64,000 bases of DNA, from the IMG/VR virus record IMGVR_UViG_3300023218_000062. One strand, given 5' to 3'. The stretch comes from a virus. Its lineage: Duplodnaviria; Caudoviricetes. The stretch's first letter is position 1, and each line of letters begins with the position of its first letter. A program made the translations under genes and the position numbers. The notes under the pieces were generated by a model. The model was given only the letters and a program-made list of their open reading frames with translations. It was not told the origin of the DNA and did no database searches. Of this stretch, positions 17,751-30,899 are shown piece after piece.

Positions 17751-20700
17751 TTAATTCTCCCATGTTATAAAAATAGTAGAGATTCCACTTAAATTTGATG
17801 GTGTAGGTGTAGGTGTCGGTGTCGTGGGTGTAGCACTGTTAGATATTGATGGTGTTGGAGTAGGAGTAGGAGTTGTGCTCTCAGATACTGATGGTGTCGG
17901 AGTTGGTGTGGCACTCTCAGATACTGATGGTGTTGGCGTTACTGTTGGCGTAGGGCTGAAGCCACTGCTTTGTGTAGGCGTGGGTGTAGGAGTTGGCGTA
18001 GTAGGTGACAGTAATGGTGTTGAACTTGGGTTTGGCAACATTACGCTGTTATTTTCACCACATTCAAATTCTGATGCAAATACTTGTAATATATCTTCAT
18101 CGTTTGATTCATTTAAAGACACACGATTTGATACATCAATGGATACCCAAGATGTTTTAAATATATCAGGATGCTTCTTATTAAGTGAAACTGAACGTTC
18201 TAATAATTCAAAGAATATATCATTTATTTCTGATGGTGTAAATGATTCATATATAGATTTATAAAAATCTCTAATGTCTTCAATTCTTTCTAAATCAAAT
18301 TTATCTACAAATTCTTCGATATCAACTTGCTGCCATTCTCTTGAAGGATCAAATAATATATCCATAGTCAAATTTATAATTTCAGATTTATCCATAAGAA
18401 CTCTACCATTATACATTCCAACTCTAGTAGTGGCACCATCTACTAAAGTGTCAAAGCGAATTCTGCTTTCGCTAGGAAGAAGAGATTCCATATCAATATC
18501 AAAGTCATCATTAAGTACGACTCTTTCAGTAGAAGCTTCTATAACTTTTTTCCATAATAATCTATCTACCCTAGATGATTGGTTTTTCCTAATTAATTTC
18601 CATGACCAATGTTTGTTACTTAATTTGAGATTTTTATTGTTCATTCTATCGCGTAGAGTATAGTCTTTACTAAGACGCAATATATAATTATTATTATCTT
18701 TTACTGTTCTGCTAAGACCTTTAATTGTAACTAAAGAGAATCTTGTGGGTAATGTGTTATCCTCTGGATCATATGTACTTCCAAATAATACGCCATACCC
18801 AGTTCCTTCATCTCTAAATCCGTGTATTATAGCGAACGGCTCTGACATTATTTTATATTCTCGTTCCGCATCAAATAATGTTAACGCTGTATCTTCTAAC
18901 AACTTTTCTGAGCGCATGTCAGATACCCAATAAAAATATACATACTCTTCTTCTAACGAGTTTACATTAAATTTTCTAACTCTAGTGTGTGGATATATTA
19001 TAATATATTTTTGTTCTTCTATTTCTTCATCAGTTGGCTCATGCGGCTCTTTAACAAGAGTTAACATGTCTTTTTGTTGTATATTTCCATCAGTTATTTC
19101 ATCATTTATCATACCTTCTAAAACTGTTGGAGTATCATATATTATTTGCTGAAAAAATTTTCCGTTAACATATACATCTAGCACATCTCCGGATGAGAAC
19201 ATATGTGTATCGCGAGTTTCTTCATATCCTGTTATCGGAAATTTACTAACTACTGTAATCTCTTCTTTCCATATGGGTTCTTGTAACGTTCCGATATTCT
19301 TATAGACTATTCTTCTAGGAGATCCAGTAATCTTTTCCGATAGTTCTATTCTTCTATTTTCATCTTCTTTAACCCGTTCTACATATTCTTCGGGTGAAAG
19401 ACTTGTGCTTATCCATTTGTAAAAAGTCACATCGCCAAAATCTTCTAATTGGCCCCATACTAAGCTTCTTTCATCCTCTGTTAAATAAATATTTTCGTCA
19501 AAATATGGTTTATAAAATTTTCTAGATGTATCTGCCCATACTTTTCCAACTTGTTTTGTATTCCAGTGGTTTTGTGACACTCGATCTTCATTTAGGTCAT
19601 TTGTATATTTTGCCGGGTCAGTTGGTCTCTCTATATCTATTGGAAACTCTCCAAGGGGGTTATGTTGGTCTAACGCTGGGTTCCATATCGGGATTTCTTT
19701 CAATACCTTTTCAGGTCTAGTAGTTTCAATTAAACGCAATGGATTTTCTTCCTCATATGCATATGTTAGTGTTATTATTGTAACATTTTCCCATTGGTCG
19801 AAATCATCGGCTATAAACTCTAAAATTGTAGAATTTATAAATCTAAATGATAAACCTTCACTAGCATTTTTTTCTTTTCCATCCAAAATATAGGTTACTA
19901 TAGCTCCATATGCTGGTTTTGATAATTCTACAGATTTATACCCTGTACCTCTTTGGAACGGCGTAAATTTCGCAATACTCTCGGCGTTAAATATAATTTC
20001 TTGTTCTTTGGCATCGAAAAAATATCCATTATGTGGCTTCATTAATTCAATTACATCTGGGAGATTATTCCACCTATCTACGTCATTTAATCTGATGGCA
20101 ACCGCATTTCTGGTTAATAGACCACCTGTTGGTGGGGCAAATTCAAGTCGTAGTTCTTTTTTAACTACATCGTCAGTTTTTAGTTTTATTTCCGGATAGG
20201 CTTTTCTCTTGGAATCACCAAATTCACATAGTCTATATGCCCAATATTCATCTACACTGACATTATCTAATAGTCTATGTCCGGTAAATGCTGATAAAGA
20301 GTTGTTTGTCCCTTTATTTTGTATAAATGATTTCCAAAATATAAACTGAGATTTTTCATCTATTCCAAGATCAAACATAAATTGATCTGGCCCGCCATAC
20401 CCAACAGACTCTTTTGCTTTTATAGCCGTTTTATCCGTTTCTATTGATTTGTATGGATCATAATAATATCGTATATCTTCTATAGATTTTTCTATACTAT
20501 CTATTAAAGATTCATTATTTAATACTAATCCTCCAACGCTGGGTCTTCCGGTTTTATTTTTAGGTTTTAAATATTCTAACAGAACTCTAGGTGTTGCTAT
20601 ACCTAAAAACGAATCATATATTAATTTACCGCCGGTAGTATATGAGTCAAAATTGCATATATGTCCAACATCAAATAACGATATGCTCCCGCCGCCTATA

Positions 20701-23700
20701 TTTTTATCGGTTTCCTCAGTTACCATTATTTTTGATTTGGTATCTTTTCGATACAGTAAAACATCTTCTAAATCTAAGCGTATTAGATTTGTATCAAACA
20801 AAGAATGCTTTTGGAAAATATTGGATGATGTGTTTGATTGCGTATAAGACTCTAAAATTCCTGTTTCGTGTTTTACAGAAAATTGATTTTTATATGGGTT
20901 TAATATCCTATTAGGGAACTTTTTATTTTTTCTGAATATGCTAATCGTTATATTTCCACTGCCACTATTAAATTTTATATTTTTACCACTGAGAGCATCT
21001 CTTTCAGTAAATGCTAGCTGAATATTTCCACTATTTGTGATTATTACATAGTATGGGATAAAACTATTAAATGGTGATTTTAATTCATTCGGAACCACTC
21101 CGGTACCATTATTACTTTCATTAATAGAAACTCTATCGCCGGTTGAATATATAATTTCGGTTCTTGGTATAAAAGAATCAGTATTAACGTCTACGTCAGC
21201 TTCTATAGATGGCGTAGAATTCAAATTTGCCAATAATAGTTTGTTAGCCCATGATATATATTTTTCTACCTCTACTTGCCAACTGTTTCCTCTACCGGTT
21301 TCTTCATCTATATTGTCTTGTCTTTGGTTTTCTGATATTACACCGATATATTCGAGATAGTCATTATAGCCTAGGATGAAATCCACTAAGTTTTGTAATC
21401 TGGATATTATGATATTACCAGTATATTCATGCACGGTTCTAGTGTCTGGTTCATAGTGTCTGAAGGGTACGTCTGGATCCCCGCCCAGAGGTCTGAATGT
21501 TCTCAAGAGATTTCCGATCCAAAAGCTTCCAGCGCCGGTAGATAAATTTTTCAATGATTCATTATCCAGAGCTTTATTTTGCGTCTCTGCAATACGAAAA
21601 GTAAAATCATTTAATTTAATAATATAATATGGTTTATTTTTATCCAATGCACCGGGCAACACTCCATCAGTATCCAAATATACTTCTTGGCCTGTTTCCC
21701 ATGGAATGGTAATAGAATTTTCTGGTATTATTATTCCATCAATAATGTCAGAAGAAAGCATTACATTTTCTTCTACTCGTATAGAGGTTGTAATATTGTC
21801 TCTAGAAAACAATACCGACTCTACGGTATATGTTCCATTGAAGTTTTGAGAGTTTTGTATTTCTATGGTATCTCCCACTTTGAAGTATCTAGTTTGGTTT
21901 CCTTGTAACACAAATACTTTTTTAAATTCTAATGGTGCTAATCCTGAAGTTGAGGCAAAACCCCCTTTTATGTTTGAAAAAAGCGTATCTGATGCAACAG
22001 AAATGCTTGACACATTGGGGTCAGTGTTATTACTTTCTATTACAATAGACCCACTTTCTAAAAAGACAATAGCATTTTCAAGCTGGTTGTTCAGTGATTC
22101 GATTACTGTTTTAATATCAGGTGGATTTTGAGAATTACCTGCCACAAATACAGTGGTAGATATTTGTCCATCTATTTCTATTTCAGCGTGATAATTTGAT
22201 GTTAAATTTGTTATAGTATTAAAAGACAAGGCATCGCTATAAGTAGCTCTCCAGAATCCTTTGGTACTAGATATTTCAGCATCCTGTAATACATATGATG
22301 AAATTCCAAAATTTGAATCAGTTAGTTGTCTGAATTCATAATTTTGTGGATGAAATGTTTCAAGAGACGTACCTTTTCTAGGTGTTTTTGCTTCTAATTC
22401 AAATACCCAATTACTACTGTCATATACTGACCTTATAGCTCTAGAAGGGATTTTTCTTATAGAAGCTTTTATGGAAGAAAATATTTTATTTTCTTTGGTA
22501 TTATCTGTTATTATATCAACTGAAAAATCTTTATTAGTTATATCAATTGGATCACCCTGAACTTTTAATGTAGTATCATTAATGAAAGTATTAAACAAAT
22601 GTGATAATCTAGGTTCCCATGTTCTCCATATAGTTCTGTATAGAGAAGAAGCCCCATCCAACTCGTTAAATCTATTATGGTGTACAATCCACTGTTGAAT
22701 ACCATGTAATACCTGTGGTACCCCCTTATATTGTTCACCATGAAATATAGTATTTTTATGAGACTCTATTTGATGTGTTTTGGTATCTACCATTAAACAA
22801 TCTACTGATTGAAGTTGATTTCCATAAGATTTACTAAAAAATCTTATGGGGTCTAATTTATATGAAATTTTTATTCTAGAATATAAGTAATTTATAGAAT
22901 TTTTCCATTCCCACTCTTTATGACCATCTTGGCCAAATAAAAAATCTGCATTAGGGGTTTTTATAAATTCTTGACTTGACTTATCGAATATGGGCTTAAA
23001 TTTTGGTTCATTGGACAATGAACCATCCCAATATGGTGGTATGAGTTGATCTGGTAATATTTCATTAATAATATCGTTAGTTATATTTACTGGGACATAT
23101 GAATAAGCATATTCAGCTTCTCCAGAATTTCCGCTCGAAATATTTCCATTTGGTAGCTTTTCACCTGTTGGTACTACTCCAGATAAAACATTTTCCCACA
23201 TGAAACGGTTCCATTTAGCTAAAGATAAGGGTTCTACATTTAAATATACCGAATCCCACCACGAAGGTTTATTATCATAGCCTTGCATTCTCCATGGCTC
23301 CATGTTAGGGAATGGAGTATTAAATAATTTTTCGTATAGTGCTTGCCAAGAACCTTTTGATGTTGTAGAAGCCTCTCCCAAAACTGGATGATTTTCTACA
23401 GTATTGTTTACGTAATTCCATGTGAACGGATCAGAGCTATCAAATATATCATTTTGTAAAGCCTGTTCTCCACAAAAATAATTCAAAAATTCTTTTCTTT
23501 CTAAATTGAAGAATTTTTCTGTTCCTTTAACCCAACTGATATCATATTGTTTGTTTACAGTTTCAGATATTTTTTTAGATACTTCATATAATTTATTTTC
23601 TACTTCTAATATATAATCAGCTATTAGCCTTTCTAAGTCTATAAAATTCCATGATGCGTTCTCAACAACATATAAATCAACCGCGTTTTCTATTGAATTC

Positions 23701-26700
23701 CCTCTTATTAAAAAATCCCCCTCAGAGAAATTTAAAATATTAGGAAATGGATCATTAACTGACGTGATTTTTTGTTTATTCTTTGTCAGTTTTTGGAAAG
23801 TTCTTATTTTTTCAGAAAGATTAAGTTTTACTATGGCTCTATGCCCATCATGGTGTAATATAGACCATGAATCTCTAATCTTGTATAATTGTGGCTCATA
23901 GAAGTTAGTTAGACGTATTACACTAGATGTAGCAATAATATTTGCTATGCCACTTTCATCGAAATAAGATGTTGAATCACCAAAAATCCTATCTAATCTA
24001 AAATCATTTTTGATGTATTCTATTATAGTAGATGGTGTGATATTTTTTTCTAGGATTTCTGGTAATATATCTAATACCCTGTTTTCTATTGCAAATAATA
24101 TATTTTGATATTGAGAACCTGCAAAATCTATAACATCGTTTACACTCACATTTCCTGAAGTTAATGCCGAAATTAATAAATCCCAATTTCCATTATGTTC
24201 TTTTATGGTCCCACCGATTCCCTCATTTATGTATGCTAACGCATGAAATATATTTTGAGAATTTCCGATAAGCATCGGATCACTTTGCACCAATTCTATT
24301 GTTCTAAAATGTCGGAAAACATCTATTAAACTAATTTCTTTTTCCAGCTTATGTTCTATATTGTAAAACCACGGATTAGGGATGTCCCAATCGGGTCCTA
24401 CCTTCTGTGGAACATATTGTTCATTTTTTCTGCCACGCCTCCAAATAGATTTTATTACACCATCTGTCAAATCTTTATAGCAAAGAAGGGTGCCATCTTC
24501 TTCTATTAATCCATGCTCAAATATAAAATCACTAGAATTTCTTTTTGTGGCTAATCTCCTAAAAACATAATTGTTTATAATAGCGTCATTTGATTCCTTA
24601 AACCAAAATATAGAATTGGATTTCTTTAGTGGATTTCCAAATATATCATACAATTTAAATTGTGGATATTGATTAATCTGCGTTTTGTTTTGTTCTACTC
24701 TACGATCATCTGAAATATTATAAGCATCTATTCCATAATCGGTTAGAACATTTACATCTTTTTTACCTATATCCTCTTTAAAATATTCTCCTAATTCGAT
24801 CCTAATTCTATCATCAGGCCCAGTTATTATATTTTCATCCAATTCTATATGGGTAGTATATTTACTATTAATACTTCCTTCATTAAAACGATCAAATATT
24901 CTTTCACCATTGATGTATACTCGTAAGTCTCCTTCTTGAAAATCTTCAAATAAACATATATTATGTAAACTCGGGTCAAATTCTAATCGCAGTCCTGCAT
25001 ATTCATTTATTGGATTAAACTCTTGGAAATTTAGTCCAATTATGCTTTCATATTCTTCTCCATTAGTATTTGTTGCAGTATACGAATTTATTACTTCAAA
25101 TAGCATAGGGTTAATTTCTTTATCTACGCTGCTCGAAGTTATTTCTTTAACGCCATTAAATATCCAATGATCATGATTGGGGTCAAACACATCTCCTTTA
25201 CTAGTGCGGCTGGGATAAATCAATGCCCCGGCTGGAGAATCTGAAAGATTAAAAAAAGATCCTAATATTTCAATTTCAGTGACATATCTTTGGTTAGGTT
25301 CAGGTTGTATGAATCTAACATCTTCTACTATGTACGTCGCATTATTATTATCAAATCCGGCAAATACTATCTTATCTCCGGAAGTAATATGTGATTCCAT
25401 GTTACCATATTTTTCTGGTAATCTAACTGTACTTGGCCCTGTATAGTCTAATTTATTGTCATTGTCTAATTCTATATTAGCTATTTCAAAAAGGGTTGGA
25501 CCTTCTTCAGTTGCTATATGAGTTTCGGATACAGAAGGTGAATATTTCCAATTATATGAAAAACTAGAAAACGCTGATAACTCAAGATATGATTCATATT
25601 CAATAATTGGCATTGCTGCTTGACGACTCAGTGATAAAGTACTTAGCTGATTTTTATGTGCCCAGTGATTATTTCGCGTCCAATCATTTTCTTCTAAATC
25701 GTTTATATTATCACTAAAATTTAATAATATAGAAAAATTTAAAATTTTATTTATCCACTGCCCTTCTACATATTGTTTTAATATATCATTAGAGTTGGTA
25801 TCATGCCAAAAATCATTTTCTGCAACTGTTGTTTTTTCTTCTAAATCAATTTCCCTAAAAATTGTAAATTCTTGATTATGTGCTGTAAAAAAATCCATGT
25901 TCCCATTAATGGTTATGCTGTTACTAGTATAAGAGTTTATTGTATAGGTACCTTTATTAGGCCCAGTTTCTATACTTATTTTATAAGATAAATTTGGGTC
26001 TAATACTGTAGTCAAATCTATATTATTTTGAATTATTGTGGATGCCCCTAAAACAGTATCTCCAGAAGTTGATAGTATTTTATTTTTCTTTATCCATATA
26101 GCTTTACCTATATCAAACACATCACTTTCTTGCACGGTAATTGCACGATTAGAATTTTTTAGATGTAAATATTTTTCTAATTCAAACGTAATTATAGGAT
26201 GTAATGAAATTTTTAAATAATTTTGTCCAATTAAATCATCTGAAAATACTAATGTTGTTATATTTGTTGTCGTATCGAAAAATACTTCTTTTACAATAGC
26301 AAGCTCTTGTATACTATTTTCAGTTGAATATAATGCAATAATCTGCCCTTCATTTATTTCTTGTAGATCTGAGCCTATTACAGAAACACTATTATTAGAA
26401 ATTGTGTGTATTGAAAAATCTAATTTAACATATTCAAAAAATCCAGAAAACTCTGGAACTATATTGTCATCTACTCTAGTAAGAGTTGTATCACTTTTTC
26501 TCACTAAGGTTCTTGTATTTTTATTAGTATCAAATACTATAAACAATCCGTCATCTTCATTGGCAATAATAGTATAAATGGAATTTGCGGATTTCGTATT
26601 TTGAACAACATTGAAAATTGAATTCTTCAATTGTTCAAAACGACCTTTTGAGTTATTTTTTTCGCTTTTGATGGTTATATATTCTGGAGAAGAATTTTGA

Positions 26701-27119
26701 TCTGTCCAATAATAATCTTGAAAGTTTATTATTTTATCAATATCAATAGGTGGATAAAAATTGAATTGAAGTGTTTTCCCCCATTCTTCAAAAGTGTCTA
26801 TATTAATACCTTCATTTTCTAGGGTCCTCATGAATTGTTCAAATGTTAAAAATTCAGAGTTATTTCCGGTTTTCTTTTTTATAACTGGTTGTAATTGATT
26901 TTTCTTAAGAAATTCTCTATTTTCGGGTATTTTGTTTAATATTGCATTCTGCTTTTCGCGACCTACATAACCGGTTACCTTCTCAAAATTTCTCTTAGTG
27001 AAAAATCTATTGAATATATTATCTGATATACCTTCTAATACATCAGTTCTAATATGTTCTGGTATAAGAGACGTAGCATCTACTACTTCTCCGGTTTTGT
27101 AATCATTATTTCTTGGCAT
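17751..27119 (-). CDS. Giant baseplate wedge/structural protein (gp7-like), 3122 aa
   Basis: Directly downstream of gp6; [16 protein letters not shown]-terminal motif; C-terminal Pro/Thr linker. Confidence 0.75.
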   Translation of the reverse strand: MPRNNDYKTGEVVDATSLIPEHIRTDVLEGISDNIFNRFFTKRNFEKVTGYVGREKQNAILNKIPENREFLKKNQLQPVIKKKTGNNSEFLTFEQFMRTLENEGINIDTFEEWGKTLQFNFYPPIDIDKIINFQDYYWTDQNSSPEYITIKSEKNNSKGRFEQLKNSIFNVVQNTKSANSIYTIIANEDDGLFIVFDTNKNTRTLVRKSDTTLTRVDDNIVPEFSGFFEYVKLDFSIHTISNNSVSVIGSDLQEINEGQIIALYSTENSIQELAIVKEVFFDTTTNITTLVFSDDLIGQNYLKISLHPIITFELEKYLHLKNSNRAITVQESDVFDIGKAIWIKKNKILSTSGDTVLGASTIIQNNIDLTTVLDPNLSYKISIETGPNKGTYTINSYTSNSITINGNMDFFTAHNQEFTIFREIDLEEKTTVAENDFWHDTNSNDILKQYVEGQWINKILNFSILLNFSDNINDLEENDWTRNNHWAHKNQLSTLSLSRQAAMPIIEYESYLELSAFSSFSYNWKYSPSVSETHIATEEGPTLFEIANIELDNDNKLDYTGPSTVRLPEKYGNMESHITSGDKIVFAGFDNNNATYIVEDVRFIQPEPNQRYVTEIEILGSFFNLSDSPAGALIYPSRTSKGDVFDPNHDHWIFNGVKEITSSSVDKEINPMLFEVINSYTATNTNGEEYESIIGLNFQEFNPINEYAGLRLEFDPSLHNICLFEDFQEGDLRVYINGERIFDRFNEGSINSKYTTHIELDENIITGPDDRIRIELGEYFKEDIGKKDVNVLTDYGIDAYNISDDRRVEQNKTQINQYPQFKLYDIFGNPLKKSNSIFWFKESNDAIINNYVFRRLATKRNSSDFIFEHGLIEEDGTLLCYKDLTDGVIKSIWRRGRKNEQYVPQKVGPDWDIPNPWFYNIEHKLEKEISLIDVFRHFRTIELVQSDPMLIGNSQNIFHALAYINEGIGGTIKEHNGNWDLLISALTSGNVSVNDVIDFAGSQYQNILFAIENRVLDILPEILEKNITPSTIIEYIKNDFRLDRIFGDSTSYFDESGIANIIATSSVIRLTNFYEPQLYKIRDSWSILHHDGHRAIVKLNLSEKIRTFQKLTKNKQKITSVNDPFPNILNFSEGDFLIRGNSIENAVDLYVVENASWNFIDLERLIADYILEVENKLYEVSKKISETVNKQYDISWVKGTEKFFNLERKEFLNYFCGEQALQNDIFDSSDPFTWNYVNNTVENHPVLGEASTTSKGSWQALYEKLFNTPFPNMEPWRMQGYDNKPSWWDSVYLNVEPLSLAKWNRFMWENVLSGVVPTGEKLPNGNISSGNSGEAEYAYSYVPVNITNDIINEILPDQLIPPYWDGSLSNEPKFKPIFDKSSQEFIKTPNADFLFGQDGHKEWEWKNSINYLYSRIKISYKLDPIRFFSKSYGNQLQSVDCLMVDTKTHQIESHKNTIFHGEQYKGVPQVLHGIQQWIVHHNRFNELDGASSLYRTIWRTWEPRLSHLFNTFINDTTLKVQGDPIDITNKDFSVDIITDNTKENKIFSSIKASIRKIPSRAIRSVYDSSNWVFELEAKTPRKGTSLETFHPQNYEFRQLTDSNFGISSYVLQDAEISSTKGFWRATYSDALSFNTITNLTSNYHAEIEIDGQISTTVFVAGNSQNPPDIKTVIESLNNQLENAIVFLESGSIVIESNNTDPNVSSISVASDTLFSNIKGGFASTSGLAPLEFKKVFVLQGNQTRYFKVGDTIEIQNSQNFNGTYTVESVLFSRDNITTSIRVEENVMLSSDIIDGIIIPENSITIPWETGQEVYLDTDGVLPGALDKNKPYYIIKLNDFTFRIAETQNKALDNESLKNLSTGAGSFWIGNLLRTFRPLGGDPDVPFRHYEPDTRTVHEYTGNIIISRLQNLVDFILGYNDYLEYIGVISENQRQDNIDEETGRGNSWQVEVEKYISWANKLLLANLNSTPSIEADVDVNTDSFIPRTEIIYSTGDRVSINESNNGTGVVPNELKSPFNSFIPYYVIITNSGNIQLAFTERDALSGKNIKFNSGSGNITISIFRKNKKFPNRILNPYKNQFSVKHETGILESYTQSNTSSNIFQKHSLFDTNLIRLDLEDVLLYRKDTKSKIMVTEETDKNIGGGSISLFDVGHICNFDSYTTGGKLIYDSFLGIATPRVLLEYLKPKNKTGRPSVGGLVLNNESLIDSIEKSIEDIRYYYDPYKSIETDKTAIKAKESVGYGGPDQFMFDLGIDEKSQFIFWKSFIQNKGTNNSLSAFTGHRLLDNVSVDEYWAYRLCEFGDSKRKAYPEIKLKTDDVVKKELRLEFAPPTGGLLTRNAVAIRLNDVDRWNNLPDVIELMKPHNGYFFDAKEQEIIFNAESIAKFTPFQRGTGYKSVELSKPAYGAIVTYILDGKEKNASEGLSFRFINSTILEFIADDFDQWENVTIITLTYAYEEENPLRLIETTRPEKVLKEIPIWNPALDQHNPLGEFPIDIERPTDPAKYTNDLNEDRVSQNHWNTKQVGKVWADTSRKFYKPYFDENIYLTEDERSLVWGQLEDFGDVTFYKWISTSLSPEEYVERVKEDENRRIELSEKITGSPRRIVYKNIGTLQEPIWKEEITVVSKFPITGYEETRDTHMFSSGDVLDVYVNGKFFQQIIYDTPTVLEGMINDEITDGNIQQKDMLTLVKEPHEPTDEEIEEQKYIIIYPHTRVRKFNVNSLEEEYVYFYWVSDMRSEKLLEDTALTLFDAEREYKIMSEPFAIIHGFRDEGTGYGVLFGSTYDPEDNTLPTRFSLVTIKGLSRTVKDNNNYILRLSKDYTLRDRMNNKNLKLSNKHWSWKLIRKNQSSRVDRLLWKKVIEASTERVVLNDDFDIDMESLLPSESRIRFDTLVDGATTRVGMYNGRVLMDKSEIINLTMDILFDPSREWQQVDIEEFVDKFDLERIEDIRDFYKSIYESFTPSEINDIFFELLERSVSLNKKHPDIFKTSWVSIDVSNRVSLNESNDEDILQVFASEFECGENNSVMLPNPSSTPLLSPTTPTPTPTPTQSSGFSPTPTVTPTPSVSESATPTPTPSVSESTTPTPTPTPSISNSATPTTPTPTPTPSNLSGISTIFITWEN
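17797..18005. repeat. Pro/Thr/Ser linker repeats at the C-terminus of the giant baseplate gene
   Basis: TPTPTP and TPSVSES units; 17911-17933 is identical to 16327-16349 and 16393-16415. Confidence 0.85.
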
Positions 27120-27155
27120 TATTTCTTGACGTTACTTTTAATTGTATTGTAGATT

Positions 27156-27163
27156 TATTTATC
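27156..27163 (-). promoter_or_regulatory. Late promoter GATAAATA
   Basis: 37 nt upstream of the ATG at 27119, overlapping the gp6 stop. Confidence 0.5.
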
Positions 27164-30092
27164 ACAGCCGTTGTTTTATGGTTTTAGAGTCTAATTTTTG
27201 CACTAACTCTACATCATCTACACTTATACTAGGTTGCAAAATTTCACTTTCTTTAGCGACTATCTCAAATAAATCCCCGAAATTATTATCCGGAGATTTT
27301 GGTACTAGTACGACTGATTCTATTTCAGACGATAATTCATTGTGTATAGCTGACGCCAATTCTGTAAAATAGAATGGCTGCCCAAAATTCCAAGCATTTA
27401 TGTTGAAAAACCTATTGACAACAGTAACTATATCGTTTTTTATTCTATTGTTACTTGATACACTATTAGGTGATTTTACTACTTTTATTATGGCTTGTAG
27501 TTCTCGGTTGGCTTTGGAGCCTATTATGGCTTTTATTTTTCCGGGATGTAATATAAGACTATCAGATATCATTTTATTTTCTATAAGATCCCCAAAAGAA
27601 GATTTCAGTTCAAATGAGGATGGTGGTATTGGTTCATTTTCTATTCTTCCATTGAGCCATTCTCTTACATTGCTATAGTAGCCGCGAGTTATAATGAATG
27701 AATCTATTATATTGGTTGCGGTTGGATCTATTAAATGATATCTAGGAGTCCTATGTAGCCATAAGAAATTTAAACCTTCTACACCCCTTTCTCGTTTCCA
27801 CAAACGATCCTCTGATGGTTTGCTCTGTTCTTCTTGCCATTCTTCCACTATACCTTCCCTAAATGGTACAAACTGCCATGGAGAATTGATATTCTCTCTA
27901 GAAAAATATACGTATGATGTTTCTGTCAATATATAATCTAATGATACTGAATCAGGTATACCATTTTCATCTTCATCTGTGGGGAGAATACTCAAACTAC
28001 TAAAGTCACATACTCCAGTATTTACACCTTTGTCAAATCTCTTTCCTTGGATTACAAAAAATCTTTTATTCTCTGAAAGGGTATTTCCATCTGACCCGAC
28101 ATTGGCTTTTAATATAACAATATTATCCTTATTGGAATTCAATGTATCATATGTTATTACTCTTTTCTCACCATTGGTAGAAGTAAATATTATTTCTTCA
28201 CTATGCGCGGTTAAATCTTTTGTTCTAAACGTTACTAACCAACTGTTGTCTGATTGTGATTCTATTGAAATACTCCAATCAGTTGGTTCAGTTGCTATTT
28301 GAAAGCTCCATCTATTATCAGATTGATCATTTTGGATATTCAATCTCATATATATGGTATTTGGTGCTGATATTATTATATTATTTAATGCTGCTGATAA
28401 TTCCACTAACTCTTCTTCAGAAAAATTGAATTTGATAAATTCGGGAGAAACTCCATTTAATATCATAGAATTATAAAAGTCTTGTCTTCTGAATATGGGT
28501 TCTATATGGTTAGATATGATGGAGTTAATTAATGGAATATTTAGTCCTCCATCTTCGGCAGGTAATTCATCAGACGTTATATTAAATGTTTTTTCTTGTG
28601 TATCAAAGAATAATACTAAATCGTCACCAAAAAGTTTTACATTTTCATAATATTCTTTGGGATCATGCCAGCCTATGAATTTTGAATCTCCCGCAAATGT
28701 TCTATTAATGGCTCTTAATTTCAGAATGCTATTATTCTGAAGCATAAATTCATTATAGTCTCTCCCGTTTACCATACGATCTTGTGTATAGTATACTGAG
28801 GGGGCAACTTCCCTAATTCTTTCTATTGACTCTGTTGGGGCAGAATTTTGTATGGGTGAAAATAAACTAAATGTAAATGTAAAGGATTCCAATCTACCTT
28901 CATCGCCAGTATAGCCAAACCCACCTGATTTATTCTGGATAGCATTTCTAGGAATTGCTAGTGATGAGTTTTCACTATCAAACTCGGTCACTCGATACCA
29001 TACATCAAATTTACCCGACGGAATGTTTGCAAAATTTCCATCGCCGAATAGAAGTTTTACGCCATCATTTGCGAGTGTTTCAATTTCATACTTATTTCTA
29101 TTCGGTGAGGTATTAAATAAAATATTTTGGGAATTAGCAACATCAACTTGTTGCCATTCTCCTTGTCTGGGTTCATTATATCGCTCTCCCCCTGATATTA
29201 TTTCATTAGTCTCGCTGTCTATATTGTTAACCCAAACGTCAGTTTCATTTATTGATGTAGCATCTATAATTTTTTCTTGGTTAGGTAATATCCCATCAAA
29301 TTCAAATGTTTGTCGCTGTAAGTTTCCTTGTTTGGTTAAAAAGAAAAATCCAGTGTTGTTCGATGAATCGCCTAGCCCATCGCTAGCGTATAAAATGTTC
29401 ATTTTCTGGTTTCGTTCTGGGCGCTTTTCTTTAGGACCAAATTCCGACAATTCTGCACTTACTAGTTCCATATTATGTGTTACGTTAGAAACTGTTATAT
29501 TATAACCAATGGTTTCATTTCTCAATGGATTATTTGTAAGGGTATATAATTCGAATAAAACATCTTGGACTTGAACTCTGTCAGACGGAAGAACTGTTCC
29601 AAATTTTTGTTCCATAACCTTTTCCATGACCGATATGAATTGTTCTTTCCAATTTGGATTATTTGGATCATTCCATAGTATAGTGGTATTGGTTAAATTA
29701 TTACCATTACTGTCGAAAACGTTTTCTGTAGTACTTATAGACGTTATCTTTACTAGACCTCTTGCAGGTATTAATCTTGATGGGTTATAAGATATATACT
29801 TGGCTAATCTTAATACGGATTCTTTTCGTTCTGCCGTTGATAAAAAATTTTCGTGTGTATTAAGGTCTATTCGATATGCTAATAATTCTCCAAGATAAGC
29901 AAACAATTCTATTATTGCTATCATATCAGAGGTTTCAATGTAGTCGTTAAAGTCTTCTGGATAATATAATTTCAGATAATCAACCATAGATTGTTTTATG
30001 GTTTCATAATCCCAAGCCTTAAAGTTTATTTCTTGAAAGGCATCGTATGCTCTTTCCCAGTTTTCTGCAATGTTTGGTTGTCTCTTATCCAT
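27162..30092 (-). CDS. gp6: Baseplate wedge protein (T4 gp6-like)
   Basis: DYETIKQSMVDYL, ELFAYLG, FLSTAERKESVLRLAK, ESIERIR..AP..YYTQDRMV...DY. Confidence 0.9.
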   Translation of the reverse strand: MDKRQPNIAENWERAYDAFQEINFKAWDYETIKQSMVDYLKLYYPEDFNDYIETSDMIAIIELFAYLGELLAYRIDLNTHENFLSTAERKESVLRLAKYISYNPSRLIPARGLVKITSISTTENVFDSNGNNLTNTTILWNDPNNPNWKEQFISVMEKVMEQKFGTVLPSDRVQVQDVLFELYTLTNNPLRNETIGYNITVSNVTHNMELVSAELSEFGPKEKRPERNQKMNILYASDGLGDSSNNTGFFFLTKQGNLQRQTFEFDGILPNQEKIIDATSINETDVWVNNIDSETNEIISGGERYNEPRQGEWQQVDVANSQNILFNTSPNRNKYEIETLANDGVKLLFGDGNFANIPSGKFDVWYRVTEFDSENSSLAIPRNAIQNKSGGFGYTGDEGRLESFTFTFSLFSPIQNSAPTESIERIREVAPSVYYTQDRMVNGRDYNEFMLQNNSILKLRAINRTFAGDSKFIGWHDPKEYYENVKLFGDDLVLFFDTQEKTFNITSDELPAEDGGLNIPLINSIISNHIEPIFRRQDFYNSMILNGVSPEFIKFNFSEEELVELSAALNNIIISAPNTIYMRLNIQNDQSDNRWSFQIATEPTDWSISIESQSDNSWLVTFRTKDLTAHSEEIIFTSTNGEKRVITYDTLNSNKDNIVILKANVGSDGNTLSENKRFFVIQGKRFDKGVNTGVCDFSSLSILPTDEDENGIPDSVSLDYILTETSYVYFSRENINSPWQFVPFREGIVEEWQEEQSKPSEDRLWKRERGVEGLNFLWLHRTPRYHLIDPTATNIIDSFIITRGYYSNVREWLNGRIENEPIPPSSFELKSSFGDLIENKMISDSLILHPGKIKAIIGSKANRELQAIIKVVKSPNSVSSNNRIKNDIVTVVNRFFNINAWNFGQPFYFTELASAIHNELSSEIESVVLVPKSPDNNFGDLFEIVAKESEILQPSISVDDVELVQKLDSKTIKQRL

Positions 30093-30096
30093 TTAG

Positions 30097-30471
30097 TTAT
30101 CCAAAAAAGTTCAATTTTATATCTAGTGTATCATTAAAATTAAGTTCTAAGTATAAAAACTCTATTCGTATATTTACAGTTTTAGCATCAGCCTCTGGTT
30201 CTATTGAAAAATTTATAGGTTGTATTCTAGGATCAAAATTCAAAATTTCTATGACATCTTCTTCTATAATAGATAGTGTTGTATCATCTAAGGGTTCAAA
30301 TAAAAGATCTGGTATTCTAGAACCAAACCGAGGCATCATTACTCTTTCCCCGCGTTTAGTAAAAATATAATTTAATAAATCTTGTTTTACCAAATCGGAA
30401 TCTTTAAGCATAATACTTTTATTTTTTTGATACTGATTAAAGGAAATTCCTTTATAAAAAACTTGGTCCAT
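30097..30471 (-). CDS. gp25: Baseplate wedge protein (T4 gp25-like)
   Basis: LVKQDLLNYIFTKRGERVMMPRFGSRIPDLLFEPLD...FDPRI. Confidence 0.92.
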   Translation of the reverse strand: MDQVFYKGISFNQYQKNKSIMLKDSDLVKQDLLNYIFTKRGERVMMPRFGSRIPDLLFEPLDDTTLSIIEEDVIEILNFDPRIQPINFSIEPEADAKTVNIRIEFLYLELNFNDTLDIKLNFFG

Positions 30472-30548
30472 TGTTATACTTATTTAAGTTAATTATATTT
30501 ATCAAAAAGCAAAGAGCCCCGTCCTTCAGAGCGGGGTTGACAAGAGAA

Positions 30549-30899
30549 TCATCTTCTCCAGAATGGACCTCTATCATTAACATCATCTCCTTCAATTCTA
30601 CCAATGGGTTCTGTATTCCTTTTTTCGCCATCATTGGTATATTGATCTATCCAGTCTACATTGTTTTTATATCCATCATTTTCTTCATTTTGTTTATCAT
30701 CCTCTACGTCACCTTGATCTATTTTCATAACTCTAGGCCACGGTTCATGCATAGGTACCCTGTTAGTCCATGGTGAAATTTCTGTTAAAGATACTTTTGA
30801 TTCCATGGCTATAGGAGGCTGTGCAGATTCAAATAAAGGTGCGAAATTTTCAAATTCTCGTACCACTTCTTCATTTATAGTCCATTCATTAGTATTCAT
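30549..30899 (-). CDS. Small acidic protein coupled to gp5, possibly a detached spike C-terminal segment
   Basis: ATGA overlap with the gp5 stop; contains NRVPMHEPWPR. Confidence 0.6.
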   Translation of the reverse strand: MNTNEWTINEEVVREFENFAPLFESAQPPIAMESKVSLTEISPWTNRVPMHEPWPRVMKIDQGDVEDDKQNEENDGYKNNVDWIDQYTNDGEKRNTEPIGRIEGDDVNDRGPFWRR

